Shown piece after piece: positions 1 to 10,221 of a DNA stretch of 64,000 nt. The number at the start of each line of letters is the position of its first letter. The first letter of the stretch is position 1. The notes under the pieces were generated by a model. That model saw only the letters and a list, made by a program, of their open reading frames with translations. It was not told the DNA's origin and made no database searches. The DNA is taken from positions 256,001 to 320,000 of the IMG/VR virus record IMGVR_UViG_3300010049_000009, one strand, 5' to 3'. This DNA is from a virus. Lineage: Duplodnaviria; Heunggongvirae; Uroviricota; Caudoviricetes. Made by a program: the position numbers and the translations under genes.

Positions 1-1
1 A

Positions 2-739
2 ATATCGCATTATGATTATGTTTTAAATTGTGTAAGAATTGACGAAAAAATATTAGAAACAGATATAGAATATTATGGAAACGAAGATATTTTTGGTGAC
101 GATGGTTTAAAGTACAACATTCCGAAGTACATTGAACAGTTTAATAAGCGTATTACAGGTTTATTGACTTGTTTCCACCCTGATATTCGGAATCAAATTT
201 TAATAACAAACCCAAAAGATAGGCAATATTGGGATAAATCCAAGACACAATTGGTATCAGGTATGCCCAAAAAACCAACTGATGAGGACACAATAAAGGA
301 GTTGTTTACAATGGAAGATAAGGAAATTAGATTTTGGATTTCCGTACCCGAAGTTTTAGAAACTCTTCCTGACAAAGTACCGCCGTTTTTAAATACAAGT
401 GAGTTGAGTGGTGCAATGGGTGATTGGGAAGCAATCAAGAAGGAATATCTTGATAGACAGGAAATCTTAAAACAAGATATTATTAAAGCGGAAGTTGATT
501 TATATAACACAATATTGACTTCGGATACTGACGGTGAAGCAGTATTAAACAAACTTATTGAGGTTTTCCAATTAAAAGACAATTATTTATATTCAAAAAA
601 CTATGACGTTAAAATTGGTAGTGTTGCTGATTTATTCGGAATATCTGATAAATATGCTCTTGAAACGGTTGATGAAGACGTTGCCGAAAACACATTGGAA
701 AAACCAATAGTAATTAAAGACGAAGATTTTCCATTTTAA
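2..739 (+). CDS. C-terminal part of probable family B DNA polymerase (5'-truncated by window)
   Basis: Frame is open from base 2 (ISHYDYVLNCV...YNIPKYIEQFNKRITGLLTCFHPDIR). It resembles, from memory, the C-terminus of jumbo-phage PolB; catalytic motifs would lie outside the window. Confidence 0.5.
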   Translation: MSHYDYVLNCVRIDEKILETDIEYYGNEDIFGDDGLKYNIPKYIEQFNKRITGLLTCFHPDIRNQILITNPKDRQYWDKSKTQLVSGMPKKPTDEDTIKELFTMEDKEIRFWISVPEVLETLPDKVPPFLNTSELSGAMGDWEAIKKEYLDRQEILKQDIIKAEVDLYNTILTSDTDGEAVLNKLIEVFQLKDNYLYSKNYDVKIGSVADLFGISDKYALETVDEDVAENTLEKPIVIKDEDFPF

Positions 740-750
740 AATAATTGAAT

Positions 751-1800
751 ATGAATACACAACAAAAAATATTTCTTAAAGAATATTTAAGAGACTTTAA
801 TCGTTTAATTGGTAATACACAATTATTAAACGAAGAATTACATATAGCAGATGGGGTTAAAGAACTAACAACTTATATAGAACACCGTTTATCAAAATAT
901 AAAAACCCAAAGGGGGATAATTTTAATTTTTCCATAACGAAAAAAGAATATATTTTGTATTTACATAGTCTTGGTTATTCCAATAGTGTTTGTGAAAATC
1001 TTGCTTTTTTTGAAAATTTACAAATACAGGGGCGTATTAGTAACTATACTCACCCCCATTTAATGAGTGGTAAAACGGGGTTCGGGGAACTTAATAAAAA
1101 CCCTAAAATGAATTTTACAACACCACCAAATGTAAAAAAACATAGAGCAGATATTAAAATAGATAACCCAAATATTGCATTATATTTGGGAAAATTACAT
1201 GGAGAACCATATGCGCCACGATATTATGAGGTTATACAACACGAAGTATCTCATTTATATAACGCGATAAAAAAATTCCACAATAAAAATTATGGGTATT
1301 CAAAAAATTTTACCAAATTATCTAATATGTATAACAAAAGTAAAGAGAATCTAAATAATTCTAATGATATTGTAAAGTTGTTTGCGGAAATATATTATTA
1401 TCTTTGTAGAAATGAACAATCTGCTTTTGCTAATGGTTTATATAGACGCTTAATATCTGAAAAACCAAACTTTGAAACCCCCGAAAATGTAGAAAACTAT
1501 TTACATAATACTGTACAATATCAACAACTTCTCATATTCAAAGACGTTTTAAGTGATATTGATAATTTTGTTGTAGATGAAGAGTGGAATGAAGCAAAAG
1601 AATTGTTTTTTGGTCGGTCGGTAAGTAATGAACAAGTCAAAAAAACAATCAAATTATTTTTATATAGGGAAATACCAAATTTTCAAAAAAAACTATCGGG
1701 GATTGTAATGAAATATAAAAAAGATTTACCACAAATTACAAACAGTAAAAACAATTTTATAAATTTAATGAATGGCACTCCACATAGCACGGGAAGTTAA
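751..1800 (+). CDS. HExxH zincin-like protein with N-terminal leader (paralog A)
   Basis: IQHEVSHLY plus downstream NEQSAFANGLY; ATG at 751; leader ends in LLNEE. Confidence 0.6.
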   Translation: MNTQQKIFLKEYLRDFNRLIGNTQLLNEELHIADGVKELTTYIEHRLSKYKNPKGDNFNFSITKKEYILYLHSLGYSNSVCENLAFFENLQIQGRISNYTHPHLMSGKTGFGELNKNPKMNFTTPPNVKKHRADIKIDNPNIALYLGKLHGEPYAPRYYEVIQHEVSHLYNAIKKFHNKNYGYSKNFTKLSNMYNKSKENLNNSNDIVKLFAEIYYYLCRNEQSAFANGLYRRLISEKPNFETPENVENYLHNTVQYQQLLIFKDVLSDIDNFVVDEEWNEAKELFFGRSVSNEQVKKTIKLFLYREIPNFQKKLSGIVMKYKKDLPQITNSKNNFINLMNGTPHSTGS

Positions 1801-2695
1801 AACATTAACAGATTATATAGAATATTGTTTAATGGAATACAACAACCCATTTTATGATTTTTTTGATTTTTCCATAACAAAAGACGAATATTTATCCTTT
1901 TTAGAAGAAATTGGTGAATGTAAATCGTTAGCGTTTTTTGATGTTGTAAAAGTAAGGGGTGAATTGATAAATTTTGATTCTCTCGATTCAATAGAAAATG
2001 CGCGTGTTGGTTATGGGGAAACATATTATATTGTAAGATTAATTGATAAAGTAGAACATAAAATTAAGAACACATACGTAGCAGAAACTCACATAATAGA
2101 CCCTGTTATAGATTTGAATTTGGTTAAGGTGTGTGGTGATCCATACAATAGAAGATATGAAGAAATAATACAACATGAAGTGGCACATTTTTATAAAGCA
2201 ATAAAAAGATACCATAAAAGAGTAAAAAACATAGATACACGTAATTATAGAGAGTTATCAAGATTACGTGAAATTGCTTGTAAAAATTGTTATAATGAAA
2301 ATCTAACTATTAGATTTATTGCTGAAATGTATTATTTTCTTAATAGAGAAGAACAATCAGCATTTGCTAATGGTTTATATAAACGTTTGGTTATTGAAAA
2401 TCCAATGGATGTATATGCGTGTATTGCTGATACAAGAGAGTTTAAATATCTAAAAGGGTTTAAAAGGGTTTTACAAGATATTGACCGTTATATAGAAGAT
2501 GAAGATTGGTTTGAAGCCAAAAAATTATTTTACGGTGAAACCGTGAGTAGTGCTCACGCTAAAAAAATGATAAAAACCTTTCTACGTAGAGAAGTACCCA
2601 AATTTCAGAAAAAAATATCCGGTGTTATTACAAAATATTTAGAAGAAGAAATAATGAGGGGATATCATAAAAGAGAATACCGTTTCAGATATTAA
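1772..2695 (+). CDS. HExxH zincin-like protein (paralog B, no leader)
   Basis: IQHEVAHFY and EEQSAFANGLY; aligns end-to-end with the upstream ORF from LHIA onward. Confidence 0.6.
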   Translation: MALHIAREVKTLTDYIEYCLMEYNNPFYDFFDFSITKDEYLSFLEEIGECKSLAFFDVVKVRGELINFDSLDSIENARVGYGETYYIVRLIDKVEHKIKNTYVAETHIIDPVIDLNLVKVCGDPYNRRYEEIIQHEVAHFYKAIKRYHKRVKNIDTRNYRELSRLREIACKNCYNENLTIRFIAEMYYFLNREEQSAFANGLYKRLVIENPMDVYACIADTREFKYLKGFKRVLQDIDRYIEDEDWFEAKKLFYGETVSSAHAKKMIKTFLRREVPKFQKKISGVITKYLEEEIMRGYHKREYRFRY

Positions 2696-2743
2696 ACTTT
2701 TAAATGTATTTTTACCGTAAATAAAACAAATAAAATTTAACAT

Positions 2744-3067
2744 ATGCCTGAATTTGATAAATTACAAGAAGTAAATGCCCTTATGGGTGAAAAACCATTA
2801 GTAGAAAATTTCGGAATAAACCTTAACGAAGCGTTGGGTGAAACCCAAGCAGAAGAGGTAAAAGAAGAAAGAAAGTGTGCTGTATGTGGTAGTACAGATA
2901 TATACAAATATACCACAAGACCGTTGTGTGCAAAATGCGCTGGTATGGTTGAAAAACCAAAGCGTGTACCTTATGTGAGAGCAGAAAAGAAACTTGGGCG
3001 AAATGATATTTGTTCATGTGGTAGTGGTAAAAAGTTCAAAAAATGTTGTTATGGCAGTAATATATAA
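2744..3067 (+). CDS. SEC-C motif zinc-binding protein
   Basis: C-terminal [18 protein letters not shown] (SEC-C) plus a CxxC...CxxC ribbon. Confidence 0.85.
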   Translation: MPEFDKLQEVNALMGEKPLVENFGINLNEALGETQAEEVKEERKCAVCGSTDIYKYTTRPLCAKCAGMVEKPKRVPYVRAEKKLGRNDICSCGSGKKFKKCCYGSNI

Positions 3068-3611
3068 AACAAAAACCGATGTTGTAGAAGAAATATGGTA
3101 TGAATCAAGTAATATACATTATACAAAGGTTGATATTAGTAAGTTACGACACAAAATATTAAAACTTGCAGAGGGAATTGTTCCCACTCCAACAACAGAA
3201 GAAAAAACTGTAATAGATTTTACTGTACCAATACTTGATGTTACAGTAGTATTTAATCGTGGTGCACAATATATATACAAAGATGTTGAAATACACGATT
3301 ATCAATCTTTTGTTGAAATTCTAAATAGAGAAGCACCCGACTCACATGGGAAAGCCTTCAACAGATTTATCAAAACATATCCGTTTGAAAAACTTGACGA
3401 TGTTGATATTGATGAATTAAAAATCAAACGCTTGAAATATGAAGACGCTGAAAGAATTTCCAAAATGGAATATGAAGAAAAGGTGGGTGAGTGTTTGAAT
3501 AATATGATTAACGGTAACGTAACCAATGAATATCTAATTGAAAAATTTGGTGTGGAAGTCGTAACCGAAGCGTGTGATAAAGAAGCAAGATACCTTGAAA
3601 AACTATGTTAG
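3051..3611 (+). CDS. KTSC domain protein
   Basis: ESSNI...[13 protein letters not shown]...[11 protein letters not shown] matches the KTSC pattern, with an insertion; ATG at 3051 preferred. Confidence 0.7.
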   Translation: MAVIYKTKTDVVEEIWYESSNIHYTKVDISKLRHKILKLAEGIVPTPTTEEKTVIDFTVPILDVTVVFNRGAQYIYKDVEIHDYQSFVEILNREAPDSHGKAFNRFIKTYPFEKLDDVDIDELKIKRLKYEDAERISKMEYEEKVGECLNNMINGNVTNEYLIEKFGVEVVTEACDKEARYLEKLC

Positions 3612-3612
3612 T

Positions 3613-3843
3613 ATGACAGTAGAATGGACAAGAGCAGCACGTTGTGAAGATTGTTATTTTTGTGGATATTACCGCCCACGAAGAAAAGACGGTACAACAT
3701 GTTCTAAGAGAAGACACAAATGCGCACTTAAAAAGATACACGTTACCCTTAAACAACCGGTTTGTTCTGATTGGCAAATGTCAGATTCGGGTGAACCAAG
3801 TTATATTGGACATATTGAAATAGGTGTTTTATTTAGAGAATGA
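3613..3843 (+). CDS. small Cys-rich hypothetical protein
   Basis: CEDCYFC...C...C...C; tightly packed between neighbours. Confidence 0.6.
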   Translation: MTVEWTRAARCEDCYFCGYYRPRRKDGTTCSKRRHKCALKKIHVTLKQPVCSDWQMSDSGEPSYIGHIEIGVLFRE

Positions 3844-3844
3844 A

Positions 3845-4618
3845 ATGGAATATACTTGGAATAACATTTATAATGTTGATTGTTTGATTGGAATGAAGGA
3901 ATTATCAAACAACTGTGTAGATTTGGTTGTCACTTCACCACCCTATGATGATTTACGAAATTATAATGGTTATTCATTCAATTTTGAAGAAATTGCTAAA
4001 GAATTATTCCGAACACTAAAACAAGGTGGCGTAATGGTGTGGGTTGTCGGCGACAAAATCAAAAACGGTAATAAGAGTTTGACAAGTTTTCGACAAGGAA
4101 TCACGTTTCAAGAAATAGGATTCAACGTTCATGACGTAATGATATACCAAAAGAAAAACACCCCATTTATGCGCTCTAATGCTTACACAAATTGTTTTGA
4201 ATTTATGTTTGTGTTATCAAAAGGAAAACCAAAAACCTTCAACCCACTCAAAACACGTACTGTTCGACACGGTGTTGAAAAATTGGTAGCAAATAAAAAA
4301 GCAGATGGTGTAAATAATAAGGTCGTTGCTGAATTAAAAAAGGAAAAAACCTTAAACAATATATGGGAATATGCCGTTGGATCGGGTGGTTCTACCAAAG
4401 ATAAAATTGCATTTCAACACACCGCAATTTTCCCCGAAAAACTTGCACAAGACCACATATTATCGTGGTCAAACGTAGGTGATTTGGTTTTTGATCCAAT
4501 GTGTGGGTCGGGAACCACTTGTAAAATGGCAAAACTTAACAAACGTAATTATTTGGGTATGGAAATATCACCTGAATATACGGAATTATCAATAAAACGT
4601 GTAAATTTAATAAAATGA
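3845..4618 (+). CDS. DNA N4-cytosine/N6-adenine methyltransferase (beta class)
   Basis: VTSPPY (motif IV) precedes FDPMCGSGTT (motif I). Confidence 0.93.
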   Translation: MEYTWNNIYNVDCLIGMKELSNNCVDLVVTSPPYDDLRNYNGYSFNFEEIAKELFRTLKQGGVMVWVVGDKIKNGNKSLTSFRQGITFQEIGFNVHDVMIYQKKNTPFMRSNAYTNCFEFMFVLSKGKPKTFNPLKTRTVRHGVEKLVANKKADGVNNKVVAELKKEKTLNNIWEYAVGSGGSTKDKIAFQHTAIFPEKLAQDHILSWSNVGDLVFDPMCGSGTTCKMAKLNKRNYLGMEISPEYTELSIKRVNLIK

Positions 4619-5313
4619 ACAAAATGAGTAAAATGGAAAGAGTGTTAAATGATATGGACTCAAAAATGATTGACAGATTTTTTGAAAAATATGTTAAGGA
4701 TCGTGGTGTACAACACACAGACATATCATTTATGTCTATGCTTGATATATATTATAAGGTATATGGGCGCGAACAATTCGGTGAAGTAGAATATTGGGAA
4801 GAAAGAAAAGAGAGGTGGTTCAAACATGTTGAAAGTAAACACCAAGACGAACACAAAGAGTGGGTAGAAGACGAATTAAAAAAATATAATCTTTGGTTAG
4901 AATACAATGCAGAACATAATAGTAATTATAGGGTAATTACATGGTATCATTGTATATTTGATACAATGGGTTTTGATACACTCGAAGAAGCGGAAGCATA
5001 TATTAAAGAACTCGGTGAAAGAGAATGTCAATCTTTCAGTGTTGGTGGAAATTGGAGGTTTATGGTTGAATGTATTATTAACAAAAACAATATTATTGTT
5101 TCAACAAACCCCGATTGGTCTTATGAAAAACATGTTATACCAACGGAACAAAAAATACGTTCAGGGGTTGGTGATATTTACCCATTTGGTACTTATAAGG
5201 GTATGAATTGGGTTCCACTTATTTATATGGTGGAAAAACAAATAAAAGTAGATAAGTTAAAAGAAGAAGGGGGAGAAGAAGATTTTTATGAATTAAAAGA
5301 AGAAAATGATTAG
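4615..5313 (+). CDS. hypothetical protein
   Basis: 232-aa ORF with overlapping stop/start junctions on both sides. Confidence 0.7.
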   Translation: MNKMSKMERVLNDMDSKMIDRFFEKYVKDRGVQHTDISFMSMLDIYYKVYGREQFGEVEYWEERKERWFKHVESKHQDEHKEWVEDELKKYNLWLEYNAEHNSNYRVITWYHCIFDTMGFDTLEEAEAYIKELGERECQSFSVGGNWRFMVECIINKNNIIVSTNPDWSYEKHVIPTEQKIRSGVGDIYPFGTYKGMNWVPLIYMVEKQIKVDKLKEEGGEEDFYELKEEND

Positions 5314-5914
5314 AAAGTTAGGAAATATTGTTGCACAAAAATCTGATTTGCGTTTAATGAATAAAGTCAGTTTTATTCATTACACAGAGGTTATGACGGA
5401 TATTATAAATGATATTCCAACTCTTATTATTGGTTGGAATAACGTAAAACGACTATATCCCGACACCCCATTGTCAATTCTAAAAGAAAAAATTGATAAT
5501 AAAACATGGTGGTGTTTTAGCCCACAGGAAAAAAACACAAAACATATTGAATGTGTATCAGAATTTTATCAAACTATAATTGAAATAATCAAAGAGAAAA
5601 TACCATATCATTTCATTAATATTTTTGAATTAACACTATCGGAAACAAAAGAAATTATATCCACATTAAATTCTAATACACGTGTGGTATGTTATGTGCA
5701 TTATAATTTTATGTATGTTTACATTAACAATGAAGTGTTGGGGTTTAATCTTGAAGATATTGAATATTTGGGGATTCCGAAAAATAAAATACTCAAATAT
5801 TTTTATAATAATACGAATAACAGTATATTTTACAAAGCGGATTTTCTTCAAGAAGAAGTAATGCAAATAATACAAAACAATTTATACTTAATACCCATTT
5901 TTTATGAAGGATAA
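5306..5914 (+). CDS. hypothetical phage protein
   Basis: 202-aa ORF in operon; PTLIIGW motif. Confidence 0.7.
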   Translation: MIRKLGNIVAQKSDLRLMNKVSFIHYTEVMTDIINDIPTLIIGWNNVKRLYPDTPLSILKEKIDNKTWWCFSPQEKNTKHIECVSEFYQTIIEIIKEKIPYHFINIFELTLSETKEIISTLNSNTRVVCYVHYNFMYVYINNEVLGFNLEDIEYLGIPKNKILKYFYNNTNNSIFYKADFLQEEVMQIIQNNLYLIPIFYEG

Positions 5915-6734
5915 AAAGATTAATTCTAGTTTAAGATCATTTGGTGGTAAATCAAATATGCTTAATAGTCTGTATGAATATTTTCCACCTGCCGACCAAT
6001 ATGGTGGATACGTAGAACCATTTATGGGGTCGTTGGTTGTGGGGTTAAACCTACCACACGACAAATGTTCTTTAATAGTTAATGATTTGAATAAAAATAT
6101 TTATTCATTCTTTAAGGTTGTACAAGATAAAGATATGTTTGCGAAGTTGAAAGCAAAACTTGATATTGTTTTTTATTCGGAAGACATTTTTTGGGAGTCT
6201 TTGGAATGGATAAAAGAAGTGGGACAAAAGGATGGTTATTCAATTGAAGATAGAGCATACCATTTTTTCATTGTAAATAGAATGTCTTATTCGGGAAACA
6301 ATCAAAGTTTCGGAAAAAATATGGTTATCAGAAGAGGTGTTTCCAAGTCGGTATCAGATACGTTTAGCACAATAGACGGAATGACCGAAACACACCAAAG
6401 AATACAACATTTTGTTATATTAAACAGAGACGCTCTCGAAATAATAGATAATTACAACAAATCCAATTACTTTTTCTATATGGACCCACCGTATCACCAC
6501 AGCACACGCACCGCTGCAAGATATCCGGTAGATATGAGTGATGCTCAACAGGAACAATTTGTTAATTTAATCGTAAATGGGGATGCAAAATACTTGGTGT
6601 CAGGATATAGGTGTGAATTATATGACGATGTTTTCTTATCCAATGGTTGGAAAAGGGTTGATTTCAACATAAACACAGTCACAGGGCAGAATAAACCCAA
6701 AGAAAAAACAGAATCATTATACATGAATTATTAA
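5904..6734 (+). CDS. Dam-like (D12 class) DNA adenine methyltransferase
   Basis: GGKS...YVEPFMGS...NDLN...YMDPPY alpha-class motif order. Confidence 0.92.
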   Translation: MKDKKINSSLRSFGGKSNMLNSLYEYFPPADQYGGYVEPFMGSLVVGLNLPHDKCSLIVNDLNKNIYSFFKVVQDKDMFAKLKAKLDIVFYSEDIFWESLEWIKEVGQKDGYSIEDRAYHFFIVNRMSYSGNNQSFGKNMVIRRGVSKSVSDTFSTIDGMTETHQRIQHFVILNRDALEIIDNYNKSNYFFYMDPPYHHSTRTAARYPVDMSDAQQEQFVNLIVNGDAKYLVSGYRCELYDDVFLSNGWKRVDFNINTVTGQNKPKEKTESLYMNY

Positions 6735-6746
6735 AATAGTTATAAT

Positions 6747-7232
6747 ATGTTATCAATAGTAGTCGCAGTAGATCAAAATCTTGGAATTGGTGTAAAAAAC
6801 AAATTATTATGCCATTTACCCAATGATTTAAAAAACTTCAAAAACATAACAACAGGTGGAACAATAATAATGGGTCGAAAAACATACGATTCACTACCAA
6901 TAAAACCACTACCAAACAGACAAAATATTGTAGTCAGTAGAACAATCGAAAATCTATTGGGGAGTTCAGTTGTTTCCAATTTACAAGAAATTAAAGATTG
7001 GAGATTTCATGAAGAAGAATATTTTGTTATTGGTGGTGCGGAAATTTATCGTGAATTATTACCATTTGCGGATAAAATGTATATGACCGTAATCCAACAT
7101 GTATTTGACGAAGCGGATACATTTTTTCCCGATTTATGTTCAAATGAATGGCGTTTAATATCCGGTGAAATGTGTCGTAAAGACGAAAAACACGCATACG
7201 ATTATAAATTTGAAGTGTGGGAGAGGTGTTAA
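6747..7232 (+). CDS. folA: dihydrofolate reductase
   Basis: IMGRKTYDSLP.KPLPNRQNIVVSR, VIGGAEIY, ADTFFP. Confidence 0.97.
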   Translation: MLSIVVAVDQNLGIGVKNKLLCHLPNDLKNFKNITTGGTIIMGRKTYDSLPIKPLPNRQNIVVSRTIENLLGSSVVSNLQEIKDWRFHEEEYFVIGGAEIYRELLPFADKMYMTVIQHVFDEADTFFPDLCSNEWRLISGEMCRKDEKHAYDYKFEVWERC

Positions 7233-7417
7233 ATGTTTTGGGTAAACATAATTTGTCTTCTATAGAGATAAATGATTTTCCAACTCACACCCTTGGTTAT
7301 GGTAATTTCATAATCGGTAGTAGGGAGTTTGTGGATTCATTAAATATGTTTGCGGAAGCATGTAATAATAACAAAAAAATCGAAAAAATAAGTAAGAAAA
7401 ATTCTAATAAAAAATAA
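7217..7417 (+). CDS. hypothetical small protein
   Basis: Fills the folA-thyA gap; start codon uncertain. Confidence 0.35.
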   Translation: MGEVLNVLGKHNLSSIEINDFPTHTLGYGNFIIGSREFVDSLNMFAEACNNNKKIEKISKKNSNKK

Positions 7418-7422
7418 ATAAA

Positions 7423-8358
7423 ATGGAAAGACAATATTTAGATATTATGCAGGAAATCCTCGATAAGGGGGATTATAAACCAGCGGCAAGGGAAAACCTA
7501 CCAGGAACAAAAGAGTTGTTTGTACGCACAATCAGACACAACCTACAAGAAGGTTTTCCGCTGCTAACAACACGTAAGATTTATTTACGCGGAACATTTG
7601 AAGAACTAAAATGGTTTCTAAAAGGTAGTACAAATGTGGGTGAACTTATTCGTGCAAACTGTAATTTTTGGAATGAAGATGTTTATAAATTCAATCGAAA
7701 ATTATATGGGTTACACAATGTACCCGAATATGATACGTGGTTGGAGGAAGTAAAAGGTGGCGATGATCGTTTTGCGGATGGTGGTACGTTATATGGTTCA
7801 TTGTGGCGAAATTTCAACGGACAAACCGACCAAATTTGTAACTTAATCAATATGATATTGAAAACACCAAACTCACGTTATTCAATAGTATCCGCATGGC
7901 ATCCAACTGTTATTACGAATGGCGAAAACGCATTACCCGCTTGTCATATGATTTGGCAAACCAATGTTAGAGAAGGAAAATATTTGGATTTGTATATTGA
8001 TCAAAGAAGTTGTGATTTTCCTATCGGTGTACCTGTGAATATTGCGTCATACGCATTGTTAATACACATTTTGTGTTTGTTGTTACCATACGAACCAGGT
8101 GAATTGATATGGACAGGAAATAGCGTACATATCTACGAAAATCAATTTGAAACCTGTCAAGAACAGTTGAGCAGAGAACCAAGAGAATTACCCAAATTGA
8201 ATATTTTGGTAAATAAAACCATTAAAAATGAGTGGACTTCTTATGAATTAACATGGTTTTTTAATTCTTTGGAATTTAATAATTTAGAATTATCTAACTA
8301 TAATCCACATCCGAAGTTGGATTATGTCTTTTCTTCGGGATTAGTAAAAAAGAAATAA
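7423..8358 (+). CDS. thyA: thymidylate synthase
   Basis: GFPLLTT, ELKWFLKG, ALPACH (catalytic Cys), QRSCD..IGVPVNIASY, HIYENQ. Confidence 0.97.
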   Translation: MERQYLDIMQEILDKGDYKPAARENLPGTKELFVRTIRHNLQEGFPLLTTRKIYLRGTFEELKWFLKGSTNVGELIRANCNFWNEDVYKFNRKLYGLHNVPEYDTWLEEVKGGDDRFADGGTLYGSLWRNFNGQTDQICNLINMILKTPNSRYSIVSAWHPTVITNGENALPACHMIWQTNVREGKYLDLYIDQRSCDFPIGVPVNIASYALLIHILCLLLPYEPGELIWTGNSVHIYENQFETCQEQLSREPRELPKLNILVNKTIKNEWTSYELTWFFNSLEFNNLELSNYNPHPKLDYVFSSGLVKKK

Positions 8359-8519
8359 TGGTAACAAAATTCTATTGTTTAGATTGTAAAAACATAACCG
8401 AAACTGTTCGTTGGATTATGGAACGCGCTGAAAAAGCGGGTATGAAACTCAAATGTAGAACGTGTGGTAGTACAACGCTTTCGGAGATTGATGAAAAAGG
8501 TAAAAAAGTAGTATGTTAA
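8358..8519 (+). CDS. 53-aa zinc-ribbon protein (not in ORF track)
   Basis: Manual translation MVTKFYCLDCKN...LKCRTCGST...; TAATG overlap with the thyA stop. Confidence 0.65.
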   Translation: MVTKFYCLDCKNITETVRWIMERAEKAGMKLKCRTCGSTTLSEIDEKGKKVVC

Positions 8520-8776
8520 TACAGATAATTATAACAATTTGTGGGATTTCTTCAATTTGGTTAGTTGGAAGAAAAGAGAATTGGCGTAAATACGGATATG
8601 TGATAGGTTTGGTAGCACAACCATTTTGGTTTATATGGGCATATCAAACAGAATCTTGGGGGATTTTGATAATGTCAATATTCTACGCATACTCTTGGGC
8701 GCAGGGGGTTTATAACCACTTTGAAGAATTTAAAAAACGTATCCACAAAGTTTTCGACATACCTTCGGGTCAATAA
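8513..8776 (+). CDS. small 3-TM membrane protein, PnuC-like
   Basis: Three hydrophobic helices; WL..RK...GY..GL..QPFW...W pattern. Confidence 0.55.
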   Translation: MLIQIIITICGISSIWLVGRKENWRKYGYVIGLVAQPFWFIWAYQTESWGILIMSIFYAYSWAQGVYNHFEEFKKRIHKVFDIPSGQ

Positions 8777-8779
8777 TCA

Positions 8780-9370
8780 TCATTTTTTAGACACTGTTTT
8801 TAGTGTCGAAGGGGTAAGTACAAATGCTTGTGTATTATTAATCACAAACAATATTTGCCCCTTTTTATTTTGTACAATTTTACCGGAATATGATTTACCT
8901 TCTATTACTAATGATAATTGTTTCGGTGTATCTTCAACAATTTCATAGTTTTCCGCCATATATTGTCTTTGTTGTGGTTGTTGGTATTGTGGTTGTGGCG
9001 ACATACTATTAGCAACTGCTTCTAATATACTTCCCGACCCAGCACCAGCTGCCACGGGTGGTGTTTTAACAAGGTTGTTGAAATAACTTTCCCCAAGCAT
9101 ACCTCTCAAAACGTCATTATTTACATTTTGTGTACCACCCGGTTGGTGATGTATTCTTGGTATTTTATGTCCACCCTGTACAGATTCATTAGATAGTTGA
9201 ACAGGTGGAAGCGGCGCATTACCGGCGGCTACCATACCGACCCCACCTCTATTATTTTGTTTGGTTTTATCAACGCTTTTATTAAGTACTTCATTGAATA
9301 AAGCACTTGGGTTATCTGTTTGAAACAGGTGTTGCATTAAGTTTTCACTTGGTATATTATTATCCATCAT
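8780..9370 (-). CDS. hypothetical protein (Q/P/G-rich)
   Basis: 196-aa ORF downstream of the 9421-10218 gene. Confidence 0.7.
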   Translation of the reverse strand: MMDNNIPSENLMQHLFQTDNPSALFNEVLNKSVDKTKQNNRGGVGMVAAGNAPLPPVQLSNESVQGGHKIPRIHHQPGGTQNVNNDVLRGMLGESYFNNLVKTPPVAAGAGSGSILEAVANSMSPQPQYQQPQQRQYMAENYEIVEDTPKQLSLVIEGKSYSGKIVQNKKGQILFVINNTQAFVLTPSTLKTVSKK

Positions 9371-9420
9371 AACATCTTTTTTAATTAATATAATAGTATG
9401 AGAATATTATTCAACTGTTA

Positions 9421-10218
9421 TTAGATTTTTAGTTTATCTTTTATCTTTTTTTCAGACGAAGTTTTCTTTTTATTCGGTATTGATATGTTTTGACTACCAC
9501 TTTCTGTTCTATATATACCCCAATATTTGTTAGTGAGTGTTTGGGATTTAGTAAATAACTCTTTTGTTCTCTGCAACATTGCTTCGAGAGTTTTCTTTCG
9601 GAATGGTTTGATTTTTTTACCCGCTTGTTCGTCTTTCAACAACTTATTGTACATATTATTAACACTTGTATATGTACCTTTCAAGTCATTTGTTGTTTTT
9701 CTTAAATCATCATATTTCTTTTTAACCGATTGTGTTGGTAATTGAAGGTCTTGTTTAACATCTTTTTCACTTTCGGTTTCGTCACCCGGTAATGCGCTAC
9801 CACCAACTACGATTGGTTTTCCTGGTTCGTTGAAATTTGCTATAATTCGTTCTCTGTCTGACCTAAACCACCTATCATCTTCGGGATTAAATTGGGGTGG
9901 TGGGTTTGTTACGGTGTTAGTTAAGACATTAAATTCCACAATATCTTTCAAATATAATACTTTATACAATGACCCCTGCGGTGGTTTTTGAGTTTGTCCC
10001 CACGAAGCGTTTTTTGGTTTGATTTGATAAAAACGAATGGCGGGTTGGTCTTGATAGCGACCTGTACCCAAACACAAAACAACACCGTACCGTGTACTTG
10101 GTACGCTGCCATATCCTGGGACCTGCGAATTGTATGTTGTTACAGCACAAAGGCGATTACCTTTCAATGCTCTCAAAATATCATTTCGGTTTGCAGATTC
10201 ATTGATTATTCTTAACAT
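9421..10218 (-). CDS. WYL-like domain protein
   Basis: R..VVLCLG...AIRFYQ...YKVLYLKDI...PPPQFNP resembles phage WYL-like folds; preceded by CTATTTATA. Confidence 0.45.
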   Translation of the reverse strand: MLRIINESANRNDILRALKGNRLCAVTTYNSQVPGYGSVPSTRYGVVLCLGTGRYQDQPAIRFYQIKPKNASWGQTQKPPQGSLYKVLYLKDIVEFNVLTNTVTNPPPQFNPEDDRWFRSDRERIIANFNEPGKPIVVGGSALPGDETESEKDVKQDLQLPTQSVKKKYDDLRKTTNDLKGTYTSVNNMYNKLLKDEQAGKKIKPFRKKTLEAMLQRTKELFTKSQTLTNKYWGIYRTESGSQNISIPNKKKTSSEKKIKDKLKI

Positions 10219-10221
10219 ATG

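Noticed and set aside
3845-6734. A complete restriction-modification system
   Set aside because: No recognisable endonuclease or specificity subunit adjacent to either MTase.
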